This document shows, in pieces, positions 59,001-64,000 of a stretch of DNA of 64,000 nt (its first letter is position 1; every line of letters begins with the position of its first letter). The stretch comes from Ministeria vibrans ATCC 50519 (Eukaryota; Protista; Filasterea). Where the stretch lies: the NCBI GenBank assembly GCA_943704425.1, contig CALSCP010002018.1:38190-102189 (forward strand), given 5' to 3'. Below the pieces are notes generated by a model. The model made no database searches. It was not told where the DNA came from and saw only the letters and a list, made by a program, of their open reading frames with translations. A program made the position numbers and the translations under genes.

Positions 59001-60733
59001 GAGGCACACTCGTCAATATCCTGCGAGCACACTAGTCCCGTATAGCCCGTCTGGGCACAGTTGCATGTGAAGCTATTTTGGCCGTCGGAGCATAGACCGC
59101 CGTTCTGGCACGGTTGCGACGCACACTCATCAATGTTGACGGAGCACAGTAAGCCGCCCCAGCCATCGGCACAGATACACAACAAGTCAAGTACGTTCAG
59201 CATGGAACAAGTGCCGCCATTCAGACAGGGCGAAACGAGGCAAGGGACGAAGAGGATGTCGCAGGTGACGCCGACGTGCAGAGTTCCGTCGCAGTTGCAT
59301 TGGAACCCGTCCACTTCGTCGTGGCAGACGCCGCCATTCATGCAAGGTGACGAGGCGCATTCGTCAATCTCTTCTGTACAGTTGACGCCGGTGAAGCCGC
59401 TGGGACAGTGGCACTCGGCAGCCTCGATGGTGTCACGGCCCAGGATCACACCCGAGAAAATGGGGCCCGTCGTCGTGGTGTCGGTGGTGGGGCGCACTTG
59501 TGAGGAGGCATTTGCAGCGCTCTGAAACGACTGCATGCTGGAAATGTCAGCCATGGCAGTGATTTCGACAAGGTCCGTCTTGCTGTCGACAAACTGTGCG
59601 GTCTGGCCGGGCGGAACCCACACAGTGGTGGTATAGACGCGACCTCCGGGCAGCGCGAAGGAGATGGGCGACCAGTAGAAGCCATTGTGGTAGGCCATGG
59701 ACGAGTCAAGCGTGTCCTGCACAATGGGAGTGTCGTCGATCGACTCGAAGAGCGTCACGACAGCGGTGCCGCCCAGCGACGCCAAGGTCGCATTGTAGAT
59801 GCCCAGGCGGTACGTGTTGGGCCAGCCCAGTGAGAAGGACGAACCAACGACACGTGAGCTGACTGGTGTCATGAGGGGCGACGGCGAGACGTCGAAGACC
59901 GGTTCGCCTCGGTCGCCATACACTGAACGGATAGGGAGACAGAGAGACAAGATAATTGTTATTGTTGTTTAATTGTACCGATAATTGTTATAATAATTTT
60001 TAGGAGAAGAGTTGAATAAGTTCAAAATACCATCGTCGCAAAGGTGGCTACAGGAAGCAGAGGCGCAGGGATTGGCAGGCGTTAGGCAAGCAGTGCCAGT
60101 CCAGCCGCTTACGCAGGAACACACGTAGAGCGACGACATGACATTGCATTTGTTATTCAGACCGCACGGATGATCGCTGCACGCACTCTCGCCACATTTG
60201 GCACCTGAGTAGCCAGTAGGGCATACACAAGCCCCATTGCCGTCGTCAGATCCTCCGTTAAGACAGACTTGTGTGCCTTTTGCTGAATAAGCGAACACCC
60301 AAATACGTCAATAAAACGAGGATGAGAACTTGTTTGGGAAAAAAAACTCGACAACTTCCAAATAGTCGAAAACACAAGAAGGACTTGTTGCGCGGCAGCG
60401 GAGGGTTAAACATGTTACATAGGGCTCCAAACGATGTAAACAGACAATAACGCAGCGTCATTAGCGTTTGTTTAGAGTCGGTCGGTTATGTGTGATAACA
60501 ATGGAACAACAATGTTGACTTTTTAACAGAGCATGCTGTTGCCATTTAGATGTTCTTTCGGCTTGAACCATGGTGACACACAAAGTCCATTGGCGGTATT
60601 TGGAGGTACAAAGGTCACGAAGTGAGGCAAATTCAGCGCAGGGAGATGTTTTGACGTCAGTTGTCTTCTTTAGGTCCATACCCAAATAAGCGAAGAAAAG
60701 AAGCGCAACCAGCACTTGCCACAGTGTTCCCAT
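56006..60733 (-). CDS. Adhesion-class GPCR: signal peptide, about 10 EGF modules, GAIN/GPS, secretin-type 7TM
   Basis: Exon 1 [17 protein letters not shown] (signal peptide) splices in frame to [11 protein letters not shown]. Ca-binding EGFs such as [25 protein letters not shown]...WQSDGC...[12 protein letters not shown]. Seven hydrophobic segments including [20 protein letters not shown] and [15 protein letters not shown]. Confidence 0.93.
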
Positions 60734-61128
60734 TATAGGGTGTATTTGAATGTAGGGAGCTGAGAGGGGGTAGATAGAGCAGGAAAGAGAGAGAGAGAGG
60801 GTAGACGAAGGTGTCGAGGGTGAAGAGAAAAGATTATTTTGAAATTTGACTTATTTACCTTGAAGTTCACATTGACGGAGGACCGACAGTAAAGTAATGT
60901 CCCCAAAGTCCCCTCGTCTGCCGGTCTTGCGCCGTCGACTGTCGACACTTGACAGTTAAACAATCTTTAGAGCGTTTAGATTGCCATCGACAATGCTCCA
61001 TCCTCCTCACTGTGACTGTGTGGGAGTTGGAAGTCAGCAAATCGACCCAGATTTCTCAGCTGCCTAAGTTCCGCTTGGCTCTTCTCGTCCTCACAGCTCA
61101 CGTCACACTTTTTTTTTACCGAACCACC

Positions 61129-62247
<1,119 letters not shown>

Positions 62248-62594
62248 CAAGGGTGGCGCCTTTCATGCTCTGCATTGTACAAAACCTATTACACTTCTTT
62301 CTCTTTCATAATAATGACGGTATTATTAATTTATTAGAAGAAGAAGAAGACACATTATGTTTATTCACTATTTTTTGACATTGAGTACATTCTTTTATTG
62401 TGTCCAGTTCATTAATGATTACTATGTACGCTTGCTGCGAGATGTTCACTGTATAAGGCGTATAGGTAGGTATGCTATAGCTTTTTGGAGCTATTCTCTG
62501 GCTGAAGCATTGTATTACTCTTTTCATTGACGAATAATTCTTAATATTCTTTGATAATATTTTCATTTTTCTCTGATCTCTTGGACGTTGTGTG

Positions 62595-63865
62595 ATGGAC
62601 AGCGACCATGAGGAACGAGACTCGACGCTGAGCGTGACCGAAAGCACCGATGCAATGCATGAGGGCGATCTAGCGTCTCAGGCGGTCGGCAGCCTCGCCT
62701 GGCCCATCGACGAGAGTGCGTCGAGTGCCGAGGAGACGGAAGCCCTCATGATGAACGAGGCGCGGGAGGCGCACGACGATGCCGATGACGACGACGACGA
62801 CGGCGGCGGCGGCGGTGGCGAAGGGCACAGCGGCGGCGACGCATCCAAGATGGCGCTGGACGACGATCCCAGCAACCGCATTCGCGAGAGCGGCGCCTCA
62901 GGGCAACTCAAACGGCAGTTGGGACTCCTTGATGGCGTTACCATCATTGCAGGACTCATGATAGGTACGTTGTGGTGGCCACACGCACAAAGCCAAAACC
63001 AAAAAAAAAAACCAAAGTAAGTAATGATTATCATAACATTCACAGGTTCCGGTATATTTGCGTCACCTGGCTCTGTGACAAGCAACGTTGGTTCTGCAGG
63101 CATGTCCCTTATCATTTGGGTAGTCTCAGGCCTGCTTGCGCTTGCGGGAGCCCTCTGCTATGCCGAGCTGGGCACCATGATTCCCAAGTCAGGGGGCGAG
63201 TTTGCCTACTTCAACGACGTCTTTGCGAGCTCACCCATTGGCAGTGCCGTGCCCTTTCTCTTCTCTTGGACCATGGCCCTTGTGGCCAAGCCTTCGACTT
63301 TGTCCATTATTGCTCTTGTCTTTGCGCAGTATCTTCTCCGCTTAGGCTATCCCGAAGTAGGACTACAGCCGAGTCCTCTTTCGCCCCACTCACAACTTTT
63401 TCTTTTTTTGTATTAGGAGGACTCTACGCCAGTATGGCTTACTAAACTGGTCGCGGCACTCTGCATCATTGTCGTGACCGCCATCAACGTGTTTAGTGTG
63501 TCGCTTGCCTCGCGTGTTATTCGTGTCTTCACCGTCACCAAAATCGCCATCATCGCCCTTCTTGTCATTGCGGGTTTCGTCCAGCTCGCCAAGCACCCCG
63601 AGCAGAGCAGCCTGCATCACGCCTTTGACAACACCACCATGGACGTGGGTCAGTGGGGGCTGGCCGTCGTGGCGGGTCTGTGGAGCTACGACGGCTGGAA
63701 CAACCTCAACGCGTGCGTCGAGGAACTGCGCGACGTGTCGCGTCTTCTTCCCCTCGCCATCTGCATTGCCATCCCGCTTGTCATTATATGCTACCTACTT
63801 ATTAACATTGCCTACTTCTCAGTGCTCTCTGCCTCTCAAGTTGCTGCCTCTCACTCTGTCGCAAT
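62595..63865 (+). CDS. SLC7/LAT-family (APC superfamily) amino acid transporter, 3' incomplete
   Basis: LKRQLGLLDGVTIIAGLMIGSGIFASP, GALCYAELGTMIPKSGGEFAY, GLWSYDGWNNLN. The gene enters an intron at about 63866 and leaves the window. Confidence 0.93.
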
Positions 63866-63891
63866 GGTACCATACAATCATATTCTAGAGG

Positions 63892-64000
<109 letters not shown>

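Overview
Gene-dense, GC-rich eukaryotic genomic DNA with short GT-AG introns, many filled with (TTA)n, (CT)n or (CA)n microsatellites, and three assembly gaps. An adhesion GPCR, DENND3, RNF216 and an SLC7 transporter suggest a unicellular holozoan-like protist (inference). About 20 protein-coding genes can be assembled by hand. In order: SLMAP-like FHA protein with a C-terminal LamG-like domain, cyclin B, Nup214, TBL1, plant-type FHA-AAA ATPase, MYND-finger protein, ATG5, FAM210, HINT, a toxin-like orphan domain protein, an OafA/AT3 acyltransferase, DENND3, a LicD-family protein, a divergent SKP1, CLEC16A, ATG12, RNF216 (with a spliced antisense gene inside a 3.3 kb intron), an EGF-GAIN-7TM adhesion GPCR, RBX1 and an SLC7 transporter. 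The main points of interest are four. (1) Autophagy and ubiquitin genes co-occur within about 36 kb, often as head-to-head pairs. (2) A polymorphic-toxin-like domain gene starts 37 bp after HINT. (3) An EGF module of the GPCR is split by a roughly 170 aa insertion. (4) A gene is nested in RNF216. No tRNA, rRNA, CRISPR array or intact transposon was recognised. Family assignments come from motif recognition and recalled sequences, not database searches.
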